Positions 17,859 to 32,312 of a stretch of DNA of 64,000 nucleotides are shown one piece after another. Location of the stretch: NCBI RefSeq assembly GCF_009914755.1, contig NC_060931.1, one strand, 5' to 3'. The DNA is from the human T2T-CHM13v2.0 reference genome, Homo sapiens. The stretch's first letter is position 1, and each line of letters starts with the position of its first letter. The notes under the pieces were generated by a model. That model was not told the DNA's origin and did not search any database. It worked only from the letters and a program-made list of their open reading frames with translations. Both the position numbers and the translations under genes were made by a program.

Positions 17859-20800
17859 GCGTGGATTTGTGCCAGGAAGAGCCAGCAGGAGCTGACCAGC
17901 CCCATGGAAGCCTCCAGGCCGGCTGCCTGCTCTCATCTCCCAAGAGCCCGCCTTTGCTTCTGCCAGCCACTCACGCTCTCCACAGGCTGCAGCCAGGTAC
18001 ACACCCCCCTTCAAGCAACAAAACCACTGCCTGAGCACCTGGCCTGCTCTAAGCCCAGGGCTGAGACAAGGGGGAGCCAGCCACACACAACACCAGGAGC
18101 GCTGGCATCGCCGGAGCAAGGAGCCCGTGATGGCCGTCCACCCGGGACAGCAATCGCGCTCTGCGGCACGAGGCTTTCAACAGAGGCGAGTGCTTCCTGG
18201 GGGTCAAGAGCATGGAACACACACTTCAGGCCCCCTCTCCAGGCTGCAGGCCAACAGGCGTCCATGAGACAGACACTCCCTGATGTGTCCCACTCAGTTC
18301 TCCTGCCGCTGAGTGACTCTCCCAGGGAGGCCCAGAGCCACATGCTCTTGGTAGCCCCTACTCCTCCAGGTGTTAAAGCAGGTGCCCATGTACAGTCCAC
18401 AAGCACAGGCCATCAGGCTGGGCAAGGATGGGCAAGGAACCAGGCCCCTGCCCTTTGAGGCTCAGGAGCTCCAAGCTACAGAATAGGGTTCCAAAGCTCC
18501 AGCCACTCGGAGGACACACAGGCCACAGGAAGCCGGCGACCAGTCCACAGAGAGACGCGCTGTGGGGCCCGACAGGCTGAGGTCAGGCAGTGGGATCCCC
18601 CCTTCACAGTCCTCCCGGCCTTGGGCGGGGCTATCCAGGAGGGGGCTGCCCCTCCCTGCCAGAGTGCACTGGGGCCTGTATGATGCCAGCCTGAGAAAGA
18701 TGCGCAACTCCAGCTCCACCTGCACGGAGATGCCCCACAGCAGATCCCTGCCAAAATGGCATTTGCAAAGCGAGGAAACTGAGCCCCAGGAAGGCCACAA
18801 TGATCAAAAACGGTCTCACTGCAACTTCCAGATACATTTTCTAGGCCTCTGGTTTTGGCCTTTTTAAATGTTGGCATATGGACTAAGGAATGGAATACCT
18901 AACTGCTCTCCAAGAAAGGAGTTTGTTACTTCTGGGTCACAGATTCCACACGTTCACCTTTCTGGCCTTCATACCTCACGTGTCACAGCCAAGACTCCTA
19001 GGAGGTCCCCTGCCTGCCGTCATGAAGGGCGCCTGCAGCCTGGTGCGCCACCCCCACATGCCCTGCACGCGGCAAACCGCTCAATAAGGACTGCAGTGAA
19101 CACTTTCTTTAAATCATTGATGGTTTTCTTAATCATCTTAGAATCACTCTGCTACACGGATGTCCCTGGAGTTTCGATTCCTAAATCAGCAGTCTTCCAC
19201 TCCGCATCCGCGCCCCCGCAGTGCCCCGCCTGGCACGGGCAGGGGTGCCTCCCAGACAACGGAAACCAGACGAGGGCCAGGCCAGGCAGACACACCGGGC
19301 AGCCACTGAACTGCTGGGCCAAGACCTCCAGCCTCCCAAACCCAGATTCCTGGTCCTAGGAGACGGCTTTCTCAGCTGCAGCCCAGACTCCGCGGTAAGG
19401 CCACAACCCAACCCACCACCCACCTAGGTGCTTCCCAACGCCATGCTGGCCAGCAGGGCCCACACTCCGCACCATCCAGGTCAGCTGGACCAGTCCCCAG
19501 CTTAGGGCAGACAGTGAAGCCTGGATGAAAGGGACGGGAGAGCCCCCTGCAGTCACTGGTGACAAATCCCCCAGAGTTCCAGGAAGCCACACTCACAAAG
19601 GCCCGAGGGCAAGGGAGGGGTAACTGCCCAACACTCTCCATGAAGCCAAGGGTCTCAGAGCTCTTCCCACGCCTGCCCTCCATCCTCCACCCCTCCCGGG
19701 GCGCACCCACGACAGGTGGAGGGTGAAGAGCGGGACCAAGGCCTGCCGGCCAGGTGTGCACCACCCTACGCTAACATAGCACGCGGGGCGCCCACCCAAC
19801 CACCCCACACCCGCCCCGGGCCGCCTGCCACCCTGGAATGCAGGGTGGACACTTGCGTTCACCTGGAACCTCTTCTCCACCTCATCCACATCCTCCTCAG
19901 GACTCCCCACCAGACGAAAGTCCCATGGCAACAGCCGGATCTTGTTCTCCACTGGGCCCCCGACACCAGGCACCAGGCCTGCACACAGGGGGTCTAAGGA
20001 AGGTTCGCTGGCCTGGCTCGGAGCCCTGCTCCTCAGCACCTGGCTGTGTAACAGAGCCCTAGGGTCCACACACAGCTGCCAGTGAAGGTCTCTGCATTCT
20101 GCCCAGGTAAGACACGCACACGGTACTTCCGATCGTGGGAGATCAGAGCTCTCTGCACCTGGATAACAGTGGAAACATCGTCAAACAAAAGCCAGGAAAG
20201 TCAGATCACTTAGTCCACATGAGCCGCCCCACAGGCTGGTGCTGACTGGCTTGTGATGAAGTGATCATCTCACAGCACTTCTGTGAACGCAAGCCCGCTC
20301 TCCCCACCGCGGCTCTGCACAAACGGTGCTACCACGAGGACCGCCTGCTTCATGCACACGGCCCCCCTGCAGCCACTGAGCGTGCAAAGGCTGGTCCACC
20401 CTTCGGCCCAGCCTCCCCTCCCGCCTGTCCAGCAGAATCAGGGCACCTGATTCCAGGTGACCACACCAGTGAGAAGCGTGCAGGAGCTGGGAGGAGCGGG
20501 ATGCGGGTGCCGAGTGACCGTGGGTTCCAGGAATTCAACAGCTCAGGATCTCCTGTTCCTCCCAAGAACCCAGGCCACGCAGGGTAGGTGGAGGGCGGGA
20601 AGGGTGGGTGGTGCAGGCAAGACCAGCAGCTCCTGACACAAATGACAGCTACAGCTGGCTGCAGGGAGTGACCCCAGGTGATCCTGTAGAGGTCACACCT
20701 CACAGCCCCAAAGCTGACGTTGAGGAATGTTGGGTGGGGAGCTGTGGAGCCCCGTAGCCTGCCTGAGACCCCAGCTCTCCGAAGGCCATGGCACTGCTGG

Positions 20801-23800
20801 GAAGTCCTCGGAGAGAAGGGCAGGTAGTGGTGGGCTGCCCAGAGGAGGCCTTCAGCTTCTCTGCCTCTGGCCCTCGGCTGGCGCTGGCTTCAAGCCGCCT
20901 GTCAAAATCCCCCTCCTACCAGCCCTGTCACAAAGCTGCCCAGACCCTTCCTCCATTCCACGCCAGGGCACCCCCTGCTCTACCTGTAAAAGTAGGGACG
21001 TGGACACCCTGGGAGCCCCTAGCCCACAAGGAGGGGACAGCACGCAACAGGACCCCAGTAAGCACCCATGAGTAAAAACCAGCCCAGATACCACCAGGGA
21101 TGCCACCGCCTCCTCTAAAATAAATCCTGGAACCTACGGCAGCCGGACTTGTCTAAAGCCTGTCACTCTGGCCTTAGACTTTTTAAAATCAATTTAAAAA
21201 GAGACCTATAAGTAGAAGAGCCCTATCTACAAAGCTTGGAGAAAAGCCCCAAAAAGAGCTCCGAGACCAAGTGATAGCGTTTCCACCCGGACACGCCGCA
21301 GAGCACTCAGCTGTCTGTGCAGTCAGGCACATGCAGGGGTGGAGCCCAACGGTCTCTTCTGGGAAGCCCTTCTCTCGCCTCTCCCTGCGGGGTCCCAACA
21401 CCCACAGCACCGCCCCCAGACTCTGACAGTCTCCAGCCTGCCCGACCGTACCTGGAATGAAGCCCAAGGGCGGCGTGAGCCTGTCAGCACTGCTGGGAAC
21501 GCCCATCCGAAACTTCACAAGGGGGCGGAGAGGGGCACAGGCTGCACCCCAGCCAGGGCCGTCGCCAAAGCGAGGCAGCTGTCAGGAAGCTCTCTGCTGG
21601 CCTTGCTTTGGGGGTCTCGCTGGGATAGTGCAGGACCCCAGGGGGGCCCTGTCACAGCAGCCAAGAGCACTGGAGGCTCCGCCCATACATCACCACCAAC
21701 TGCAAGGCACAGAGACGCCCTCGCTCGGTCCTCCACTCTTCAAAGGCTCAGCACACGCCTACTGCACGTCTGGCTCAGGGGCGCTAAAGGGAGACCCCAG
21801 CTCTTAACTCACAATGCTCAGGATTGAGAGGATGCGTTTACGGAAAACCAACACAACCCCAAGGCAGAAAGCGGCCAGGACTCAGCCACAGGAGGAGCTG
21901 GGGTTGAGAAGAGGAGAGATGGCAGGCACCGTGCTCGGACGGAGCTGGGAACCTGGCTCACGCCCCACCCTGGCCTGCACCTCTGGAGGGCAGCACACTC
22001 GCCACTCTCCAGCTCCAGGGTCCTGGGACCTGCACACCACAGACGCACAGGCCTGAGGGATCCTTCTCCCTCCAGATCATGGGCTCCACAAGAGCAGCTC
22101 ATGGTGAACGAATGAACAAACGAAAAGGGGAAACGTGGCCCAGACCACGAGGCATCCGGCATGCAGGCCCAGAAGAAGGGCCATGCTCACACAAGTAGCC
22201 AGAAGGCCAAACGCTTCTCCCCCTCCTCCTCCCATGCCCCAAAGAAAACCAAACCGGCGCCAATTAAAATGGACCAACATACCTGACAGTCGCCCACCTT
22301 CCCAAGCACCACCAGGGCGTCTGGTATTGATCAACTCAACAGCCGGGTAATTACAAATCACGCGCACGGTAACTAGGATAATAAAACTGTCCAGGCTGGT
22401 CAATTAGACCCTTCCTTAGAGGAAAATCATGCATCCCCTCACTGTCCTCCTAATTGGCCTCACACATCAGGGAAGCTGGGCCCTGAGACTTGTCATCTGA
22501 CCAGTCTACAAAAGTTTTTGGGAAAATGTCCAGGTCAGCACTGACAGGTGCCCAGCTTTGACTACAGGGGATGGGTCAGCAGTTCCAGGTGGGCACAGCT
22601 GCCAGGACTCTGAGCCAGCAATGCCCGCCTCCCACCTCCCCAGCCCAGCCTCCTCTGCAGCCCCTCCTCACCCCCTCAGGCCTGCCCTTGCTGACGGGTA
22701 TAATGCCCACCCGCCGGGATGGGAAGCAAGGCCAGATTCAGGCACAACGGGACAGGCAAGGAGCCAAAAACAGCGGCATCTTGGCCACGAGCAAATGATT
22801 TCCTCCCTGAAGTGGGGGCTCGGCTACAGGACTTGACACCCACTCCCTTCCTATTTCATAGGGTCCCCCTCAGTGGGAGCTGCTAAATGACAGTTTTGAA
22901 AAGCCAAGCCTTTGAAGATGCCTGCTCTCCTCACTGTACTGTGACTTCGAGCTGAATCTCTCTAGAAACGTTGAAAGCACACCACCCCCATTAGGTGACG
23001 GCAGTCACACGCCGTGACGGGAGCGCACAGCACTCATGCTTTTCGGGAGGGCGGTGTGGCACCAGCTAGGAGTCTCAAACGCACATCTCTTTTGAACTAA
23101 AAATCATCCTTTTAAGAATTTACCCAACCAGCATAGCATGGCTAATTGGGGAAAGAAGCTGGAAACACCCTAAGTGTCCATCAACAGGGGCTGCTGGAGT
23201 CTGAGTCCGTCTGCACTCCAGCACACCCTGCAGTTCTTTAAAGTAGTTCAGCAGACCAGCCTGCGCTGGGGCCAAAAAACTGTCAAAAACTGAGTGAAAA
23301 CAGTTGCAGAATAAAACTGTGGAAGGAGCCCCAATTTTAAAAGGTGATGGGAGTACATAAAGAGCTTCTATGTACACACATTTCCAGAACGACACACAGG
23401 AAACTCATCAGGCATTGCCTAGAAAGACGAACCGGGGCCAAGCACAGCACGCCCTGCTGCCCACCTCCGGGGCAATCAGTTCTATTCTGGAACAGCCCCC
23501 CAGGAATACTGAGAACACAAGGTGACGATGGCTAGGAAGCTGTGACACAGGGCACCCAGCCCTGAGTGAGGTCACCAGGGAGGGCAGGAAAGGAAGAACA
23601 CGTTCCACTTTTCATTCCATTCATTTGCATTTATGCAGCTTGTTCTGCTTTTCATCAAATGTGAAACTCCTTGACCCTCTGCAGCCTGCACTGACCCCAC
23701 ATGCTGCCACTCCTCACAGCACTCCTGTGACGTAACAAAGACCCAGGAGGTGCACGCAGCCGTGGCCGTAGGCCTTCCATAAACTCAGGGGATGGGTCCC

Positions 23801-24600
23801 TCCCCAAATGAAGGCTGGCTTAAACAGCACCCCCAGGCCACTCTCCAATTCAGTCCAAGTCGCCACTAAGGAATTTTCCTTCCCCTCACAGCTAATCCGA
23901 AGAGCTGACCGTCTGCTGTTGACAGGCCAGCTTGAGTGAGGTATGATCCGCGCACGTGAACAGTTTGACAAGAGCAGTGTCATGAGCTTTGCTGCGTGTA
24001 CACCTGTGCGGCGATCACATCCATTACGCCAAAGGGTATTTCTAGCACCCCATAAGACCCCAATCATATCCCAGCACGAGACTCCAGGGATCACTGACCT
24101 GCTTTCTATCACTGTTGCTCAGTTTTACCTTTTTAAAAAGTTCAAATCAATGGGATGGTATAGTAAGTATAAACTCAGTAAGTCTGGCTTCCTTCACTCA
24201 GCAAGAGAGACCCTTTCATGTTTCCAAGCACCGCCGCTGCCGCGCATTACACTGCGTGGAGACGCCACGGTCCACGTATCCCTTCACCTGCTGACAGGCA
24301 CCTGAGTTGTTCCTGCTCTCAGACTGTTAGAATAAGGCTCTACAAACATTCCTGTACAAGTCTTCATGAGACCACATTTTCTCTTGGGTTTCTCTTAGAT
24401 TAAATACCGAGGAATGGAACTGCAGGGTCACACCGTAAGTGTGTACAAAGCTACCAAACCATTTCCAAAGTGGCCGTACCACTTGCTACTCCCAGGGGCA
24501 ACAGGCCTGGCTGCTCTGCATCTCTGCCAGCAGTCAGGATGGTCAGTCTGCTTAATTTTAGCCATTTTATTGGGTGCCCAGTGGTATCTCACTGCAGTCT

Positions 24601-25348
24601 TGAAACCGCCTTTACAGAATTTTAAGTAACGAGAGAAATCTACATTACTGACTCCACCTTGCTTCTAACCTCACAGGATCTTTTCTTTTTTTTTTTTTTT
24701 TTTTTTGCTTATTCTAATACAGAGGCCAAGATAACTATGAGAGGAATGTAGTTTATAGTTAAACTTCAAGGCAAGGAAAAATGACACCCGTCCTTGTTTG
24801 GAGATTAAGACTGGCATTGCTACAGGGGCCTGAACTTTGCTAAAGAACAGGCACGGGTAAACCATGACCTGTCACTGCTTACTTAGCTTGCTCTTCTACA
24901 GTGCCTGCTACCCGGAGTCACGTAACCAGACGTTGTCAGATTCGGAACTTCCCTAACGGCTCCTACAGACATCACTGCTGTGAAACCTAAAAAACTGGTC
25001 TTTGGGATATTTTTCAGATTTAGCATTTCAGCAGATCAAGAGATGCCACCTGGACTTGTGACCCCATCTCCCAGGAACTGACTCAGCTGCACGGAGACAG
25101 TCCTGACACCCCTATCATTGCATCCCCAACACAACCAACCAGCATTCACCACTCCCTAGGCCGCTGCCCGCCAAAACACCCTCAAGCCCTCGCCTCCTAA
25201 TTCTCAGGGAGACAGATGTGAGAGTTATCTCGCGTCCACCTCCCTCGGCTGGCTCTGCAATCATTAAACTCCCTCTCTGCTGCCACACCTGCCGTTCTCA
25301 GTGCATTGGCTTTCTGGGCAGCAAGAAGAACCCTGTTGGGCGATTACA
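24601..25348 (+). mobile_element. Solo ERV1 LTR (LTR8-like) with perfect 4-bp TSD GTCT
   Basis: Termini TGAAACCGCCTTT...GGGCGATTACA; gtct on both sides; gactccaccttgcttctaacctc motif. Confidence 0.8.
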
Positions 25349-25450
25349 GTCTTAATTTGCATTCCCCTAATAACTAACAATGTTGACCATCTTTTCATGT
25401 CCTTATTTACCACCTATATATCTTCTCTTGTAAAGTATCTGTTAAAAGCA

Positions 25451-25750
25451 GGCCGGGTACAGTGGCTCACACCTGTAATCCCAGTGCTTTGGGAGGCCAA
25501 GGCAGGCAGATCACCTGAGGTCAGGAGTTTGAGACTAGCCTGGCCAACATGGTGAAACCTGTCTCTATTAAAATACAAAAATTAGCCGGGTGTGGTGGTG
25601 CACGCCTGGAACCCCAGCTACTCAGGAGGCTGAGGCTGGAGGATTGCTTGAACCTGGGAGGCGGAGGTTGCAGTGAGCCAAGATCATGCCACTATACTCC
25701 AGCCTGGGCGACAGAGCAAGATTCCATCTCCAAAAAAATAAATAAATAAT
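25451..25750 (+). mobile_element. Alu (AluS), flanked by duplicated taaagtatctgttaaaag
   Basis: Alu consensus; 18-bp flanking duplication. Confidence 0.92.
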
Positions 25751-26370
25751 AAAGTATCTGTTAAAAGTCTTTTGACCATTTTTTAAACTATGGTAATCTT
25801 ACTAATTTGTAAGAGTTCCTTCTCTATCCTGGAGCACATCTTTGGTCAGATACATGTTAATATCTCGCAAATATTTTCCTAGTCTATGGTCTGCCTTTTC
25901 ACTGTATCTTTTGAGAGCAGAAGTTTTCAATTTTGATGAAGTCTAATTTATCAATTTTTTCATTTATGGTTCATGTTCGTTGTATTGTAAGACCTCTTTG
26001 CCAAACCCTAGCTTCCAGATTTTGTGACTTTTACACATAGGTCTATGCGTCATTTGAGTTAAATCTTGTGTCCAGCATGAGACAGGTGTTAAGGCTCATC
26101 CTCACCACGAAGAGCCTACTGGTTTACCACCCTCGGTGAAAAGATTCTTTCTCCCACTGAATTATCTGGACACTTTGACAACAATCAACACTGTATTCTT
26201 CAATCATTTCTGAACATTCTACTCTGTTCTCCTGATTTACATGTCTATACTTAATACCACAGTGTCTCAATTTATGCAATTTACAACGTGTCTTGAAATT
26301 GGCCAGTGTAAGCTGTATAACTTGTTCTTTTTTGAAACTGTTATGGCTATAACAATTTATAGGTACTTTA

Positions 26371-26783
<413 letters not shown>

Positions 26784-26829
26784 TTAACAATAATGAATCT
26801 TCCAATACACGACCACAGTACCTTTACAA

Positions 26830-27660
26830 TACTCTGAAATATATATTTGGTCTTTCTGTTCCCTGACATACATGCAGCTCCTTATCTGGAGTGAGAAGAG
26901 TGTCTCTTGTGAACTAATGAGCTGAGTGCTGGTTGGCAGCCCCCAGGCAGCTTCAGATAGGGTGGTTATCCGAAACACCAAGGTGAGATTAGAGGGTTGG
27001 GACTTTGAGTCCCACCCCTCAACCTCCTAGGAGGGGAGAGGGGCCGAAGGGTGAGTTGATTTCCAACGGCCAATGGTGTAATCAATCATGCCTCTGTGAT
27101 GAAGCCTCCATAAAAACCCACAAATAAGGCCAGGGTTCAGAGCTGCACACACAGAGGCTCCTGGAGGGTGGTGTGCCCAGAGAGGGCATGGAAGCTCCGC
27201 GCCTCTCCTCACACCTCACTCTGCCAACCTGTTCACCTGTATTATTCGTAACATCCTTTATAAGACATGACTAAACATAACAAAGCATCTTCCCGAGTTC
27301 TGTGAGCCACACTAGCCAATTAATGAAACCCAAGGAGTGGGTAGCAGGGGCCTCGTTTAACAGCCTGTCAGTCAGAAGTACAGCTGATGTCAGTGAAAGA
27401 GGAAGAGAAGAAAACCGTAAAATGAAGCAGAGATGCCGGCCTACTACTTGCACCTGGAAACTGAAGGGGGCACAGATGTGTGGGACTGGGCCCTGACCCA
27501 TTGGAAGCTGATGGAACTCCAGGTGGAGAGTGTGCAGATGAGGCTGCAGGACATCCAGCTGGTGACCCCTGGAGAACTGCTTGGTGTGGGGGAAACCTTC
27601 CAGTATCTGGTGTCAGAGGCTGTGTGAGAGCAGAGGGGAAAAGAGTTCATTTTTCCTCTT
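26830..27660 (+). mobile_element. MER21-like LTR
   Basis: gattagagggttgggacttt...caacctcctaggaggggagagggg...aatcaatcatgcct...aagcctccataaaaaccc resembles the MER21 consensus. Confidence 0.65.
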
Positions 27661-29689
27661 ACAATGTCTCCATTTTTCTACATCAGGTGATCTTTAATGT
27701 CTCAGTTGCGTCTTAAGCTTCTCAGTGTACAAATCTTACACAGATTTTCTTATATGCATTCCTAATATTTCATGGACTTTGATGCCATCATACATGGTAT
27801 GTACCTCGAGTGGCTCACTGCTAGTATACAGAAACATAACCCATTTTGGTACATTGTCCTTGTATCCCGTGACCCTGTAAACCTCACGGTTTAGTCCTAC
27901 TGGCTTGTCATTTATTCCCTGGGAATTTCTATAGATAATTATGTTGTCTCCAGGTACAGTTTTACTTCCTCCTTTCCAGTCTGTCCATCTTTTCTTTTTG
28001 CTTCCCTAATTATACTGGTGAAGATCTCCAGTACAGTGCAACCAGGGGTGCAGGGAACAGACACCCTGCCTGGTCTCCATGTCAGGGATGCAGTCCGTCC
28101 ACCTTGTATTATATCAGCTGGTTTTCTGCAGGTATCATTTAGCTGGTTGAGGAAGTTCTCTTCTCTTCCTAGCTTGCTGAGAACTTTAAATCACAAACGA
28201 GTCTTGGATTGTTACAAATGGTTGTGCTGTTCGCCTACAGAGATGGCCTGCACCCCCTTTCATTCTACTGAAACAGGTGATTTTCCAAAGAGAAGCAAGC
28301 ATCCTGCATTCCCAGATGGGCTCCAGCCTCACGCCATCTTTCCCACTGGCCTCTCTGTATTACTCCTCCTCCCCCTCCTGTGCCCGAGGTCTTGCCGAGG
28401 ATGACACGTACCTCAAAGGGTGTGTGCTGGCCTCCGCTTTCCTCACCCGTAAGTCACTCCCCGAGACAGACCATGCTCCTGGGAGACCAAGCTGATCACA
28501 TCGCTGCCTCCAGACACACGCCTCGCACTGCTGCTAACTCCCTCAGCCCAACTTCCAGCACCCTAAGGATGAGGGTGTCCACACCACACTCCCGGCACTG
28601 GCATCCTGCCCTTCCCCACGTGTGTTCACGCAGGCTCATCCACACGCACTGTGCCCCTCCTTGCCTGTGACTTCAAAGTCGTAGAAACTAACATGCCCCC
28701 AGCCTGCGTGAACCCGTGTGCTGCACATGTCACATGTGCCCAGGCCTGTGTGACACATAAGGACCTCGTTCCACAGGGTCTTCCCATGGTTTCACTGACC
28801 CACCCCAGCCAGCCTGCCCAGCCTCCTCTCCTAAGACATAAGAAGCCCTACATGGGGAAGAGGGTGACCAGGCCACTCTCTCCTGGGGCTCAGCCAGGGT
28901 TTATCCAAGCCCGGGGCGAGGCTGAAGAGCCCTCTGAGGACTGCAGGACGTCAGCACCCTGTCCTTAGGGAAGGGCCCACACAAAGGACGTCTGACCTCA
29001 ACGCCAGGAGCTCACAGCCCAGAGCCCACAGGCCTGAGGGCCCCAGGACACTGGTCAGAAACAAGGCAGGCATGGGACAGCCAGAAGCGCCCCCCTGAAG
29101 GCAGTCAGGAACAGTGGCCACAAGCCCCTCACATCCCCATCGACCAAAACCCCAGTGTCAGCAAGCAAGTCCCATGGTGGGAGAGCAGCGGTCCACTAGG
29201 CCAGAGAGACCCAAGGGAAGCTGCTGTGGGAAGGATCACCAAGGCGGGGGCACCACCTAGTGGCAGCAGCTCCTCCACACCCACGGGGCCTCGGGCCTCG
29301 GCAAGCCCCAAATCCCAGCAAAGCCTGGGCCCGAAGGCAAGCAGACGCCAGCCCACCCGGCACAGGCCCAGGGCACTCCCAGCCACAGAGCCCTCTGCTT
29401 CCAGGACATCTGATGTCACCTCAGGTCCCCACGGCTGAGAGGAGGGGATCCCCAAGCTCGCCCACAGAGGCACGCATGTCTCCACACAAGAACAGCAAAT
29501 GCACTCAGCCCTCCCATGGGGGCCCCCGTGGCCCCAGCTTCTCACCACATCTGTGTCCCTGTCGCCGACTTCACCACCACATTCAATGCTGCCAGACACG
29601 GGAAATTCCTAAGAACTACCCCAAACCTGGTCCCTAAAAACAGAAAAGAAAGCCCAGTGCATCTCAGGTTTACCCAGAAATCCACTTTG

Positions 29690-29970
29690 GTTTTTGTTTT
29701 TGTTTTTTAGAGACAGGGACTCACTCAGTCACTGGAGTGCAGTGGTGCAATCACAGCTCCTCCTGGGCTCAGGTGATCCTCCCACCTTAGCCTCCTGAGT
29801 AGCTGGGACTACAGGTGCACACCACTGAGCACCGCTAATTTTTGTTTTGGTACACACGGGGTCTCAACTGCGTTCCCCAGGCTGATCTCAAACATCTAGG
29901 CTCGAGCAATCCCCCTGCGGCAGCCTCCCAAACCACTGGGACTACAGGTGTGAGCCACTGTGCGCAGCCA
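29690..29970 (-). mobile_element. Degenerate Alu (AluJ-like), antisense
   Basis: Reverse Alu motifs. Confidence 0.8.
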
Positions 29971-30004
29971 GAAATGCACACGTTTACCAAACCCTCCCGG
30001 TGAT

Positions 30005-30095
30005 TCTAGGAGCCGTATTCGGGACCGCCAGCCCGCATTCCCGTGGACTCTCTAGGAGCCGTATTCGGGACCGCCAGCCCGCATTCCCGTGGACT
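30005..30095 (+). repeat. Perfect 46-bp-period tandem duplication
   Basis: tctaggagccgtattcgggaccgccagcccgcattcccgtggact at 30005 and 30051. Confidence 0.97.
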
Positions 30096-31884
30096 GCGGC
30101 ATGAGCACCACCCCACTGACGTCCAGCGTGAGTCACCCGAGATCACGGCCTGATGCAGAACCACACTCAGACACCCGCCCTGTGGAGCACAACACAAGGA
30201 GCAGCGGGGAGCCCTGAAGGGGCCCAGGCATGGCAGGCAACCCAGCACGTGAGGAAACCTGCCCTCTACCAGGCCCACAGCCAAGGCCAACGCAGGAGAC
30301 TAGGGGTCGACCCCCACAGCGAGGACGGCTCCATCCACCTTCCTGGCCATCAGCCTCCGGCTGCTCAGAGAGGACGCTCGCACCAGCCCCTCTCCAACTC
30401 ACAGGGCCCTCCACAAGTACACGATCACGTCGGATCTTCACACGCAGTTGGGGAGAAGAGCTCCGTGTCCCCCTTTCAATAAAGAGAACACTGGCCCAGA
30501 GCAGCGCAGTGACTTGACACAGGTCTTACTGTTGGTGGCGGGGGGCAGGGGGAGCCTTGAATCCAGCCTCCGAAGAACTATCTGTGTTCCTCATCAAAGC
30601 TGCAGGGCGCCACACATGCATGCCACTTGCTTCCCGCCCACTTTAAGCTGGTGGTGGGCACAGGCAGCCCACCTCCACCAGCCCTACAGACCAACCCCTC
30701 CTCTCCCTCATCCAGGGCCTGGCCACCAGGGAGGGCAGAGTGAACACAGAAGACACAGGCAGGCAGAACCCCTGGGGCCAGCATGCCCTCATGCTGGCCA
30801 CGCCCAGGCAGCACCCCCAGGCCAGCTCGCCCTCACACAAGCCATGCCCAGGCAGGGCGCTCAGATGCGGGAACAGGGCTGAAAGGATCCACAGTACTTT
30901 GAAACCAGCCAGAGACAGCAGCCAGCTGTGCCAGGTCTCGTGCCCGACTGACACCCAGTGCTCCAGGGCAAACTGCACACTGGACCCTCCAGCAGGGCCG
31001 GGCCCATCAGGCACGTGGGGGCCTCTGATGTCCCTTCACAGGAAAGAAGTCACAGAGGTTTCTCATCTGGCCAGAGTATGCCTGGGAGCAGAAGGGTCGC
31101 CTTCCAAGCAATTAATAAGCCCAGAGAACAGACAGAAGCACAAAGCATTTAGGCCCCGCTGAGGCCGGCCCTACAGAAGTCTGTGTTCTACAGGGGGAGT
31201 TCAAGAGGAGACAGCAGCCCGGGCCGTGCTCTGACTTAGCAAAGCTCAAAGAAAATGAAGAGGCACTTTCAGGTGACAGAGAACTGAAGCCAGTAATGCT
31301 GATGAGAAGGTAATGGATTCCAGAACCAGCAGTCGGACGGTGTGGTCAAAGGATAGCTCTTTCAGAGAGTCTCAGTCTCAGCCTAGTTTCCAAGAACAGC
31401 AGGAAAGACAGGCAAGAAGCGGGAAGCCTTGAAATCTCACAAGCAAACACAATAAGAGGCCGCCTCGGCACCAGCACCTCGGGCCCTGAGCCCCGGGCTC
31501 TGATGGCTCCTTCAAAAGCATCGCTCCTGCACCTCCTCGAGACCTGGCGCACACAGGGCAACCAGGAAGAGGGGTCCAGACCAGAGCTGCCAGGAGGTGG
31601 TCACCTGCAGGGGCACCGCGACTGAAGGGCAGGGGCCAACTGAGCGGCTGCTGGAGAAAGATGAGCACAGGGTCCTGGGAAGGATGGGGCAGGAGGACAG
31701 ACAGGACCAGACCTGGGAACGGTCCAGCTACCTGTCTATAAGAATACCATCCCCAGCACCCAGGGTGGTCCCCCGGCAGCTCCACCCCACATCCCACCAC
31801 CCAAGCGCTGGCACTCAGCTTGGCACAGACTGCGTGAAGAGGCTGCTACAAGCACCAGACAATCGTCTTCCACTATGGTGGGTG

Positions 31885-32312
31885 AGAACCGTTTGGATCT
31901 GTGTCCCTGCCCCATGCCTCATGTTGAATTGTAATCCCCAGTGCTGAAAGTGGGGCCCCGTGGGAAGTGTTTGGATCCTCGAGTGGATCCCTCACAGCTT
32001 GGGTCTGTCTTCATGATAGTGAGTTCTCATGAGATCTGGTCATTTAGAAGTGTGTGGCACCTCCCTCCCAACACTACTCACGCTCGCTCACTCTCTCGCT
32101 CTCTCATTCCTGTTTTTGCATTGTGGCGTGCCTGTTCCCCCTTCACCTTCCGCCATGACTGAAAGCTCCCTGCGGCTTCACCAGAAGCCGAGCAGATGCC
32201 AGCACCATGCTTCCTGTACAGCTGCAGAAGCGTGAGCCAATTCCACCTCTTCTCTTCATAATTACCCAGTCTCTGGTATTTCTTTATAGCAATGCAAGAA
32301 CAGCCTAATACA
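31885..32312 (+). mobile_element. MaLR LTR (MST-type)
   Basis: gtttggatctgtgtccc...atgttgaattgtaatcccca...ataattacccagtctctggtatttctttatagcaatgcaagaacagcctaataca. Confidence 0.85.
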
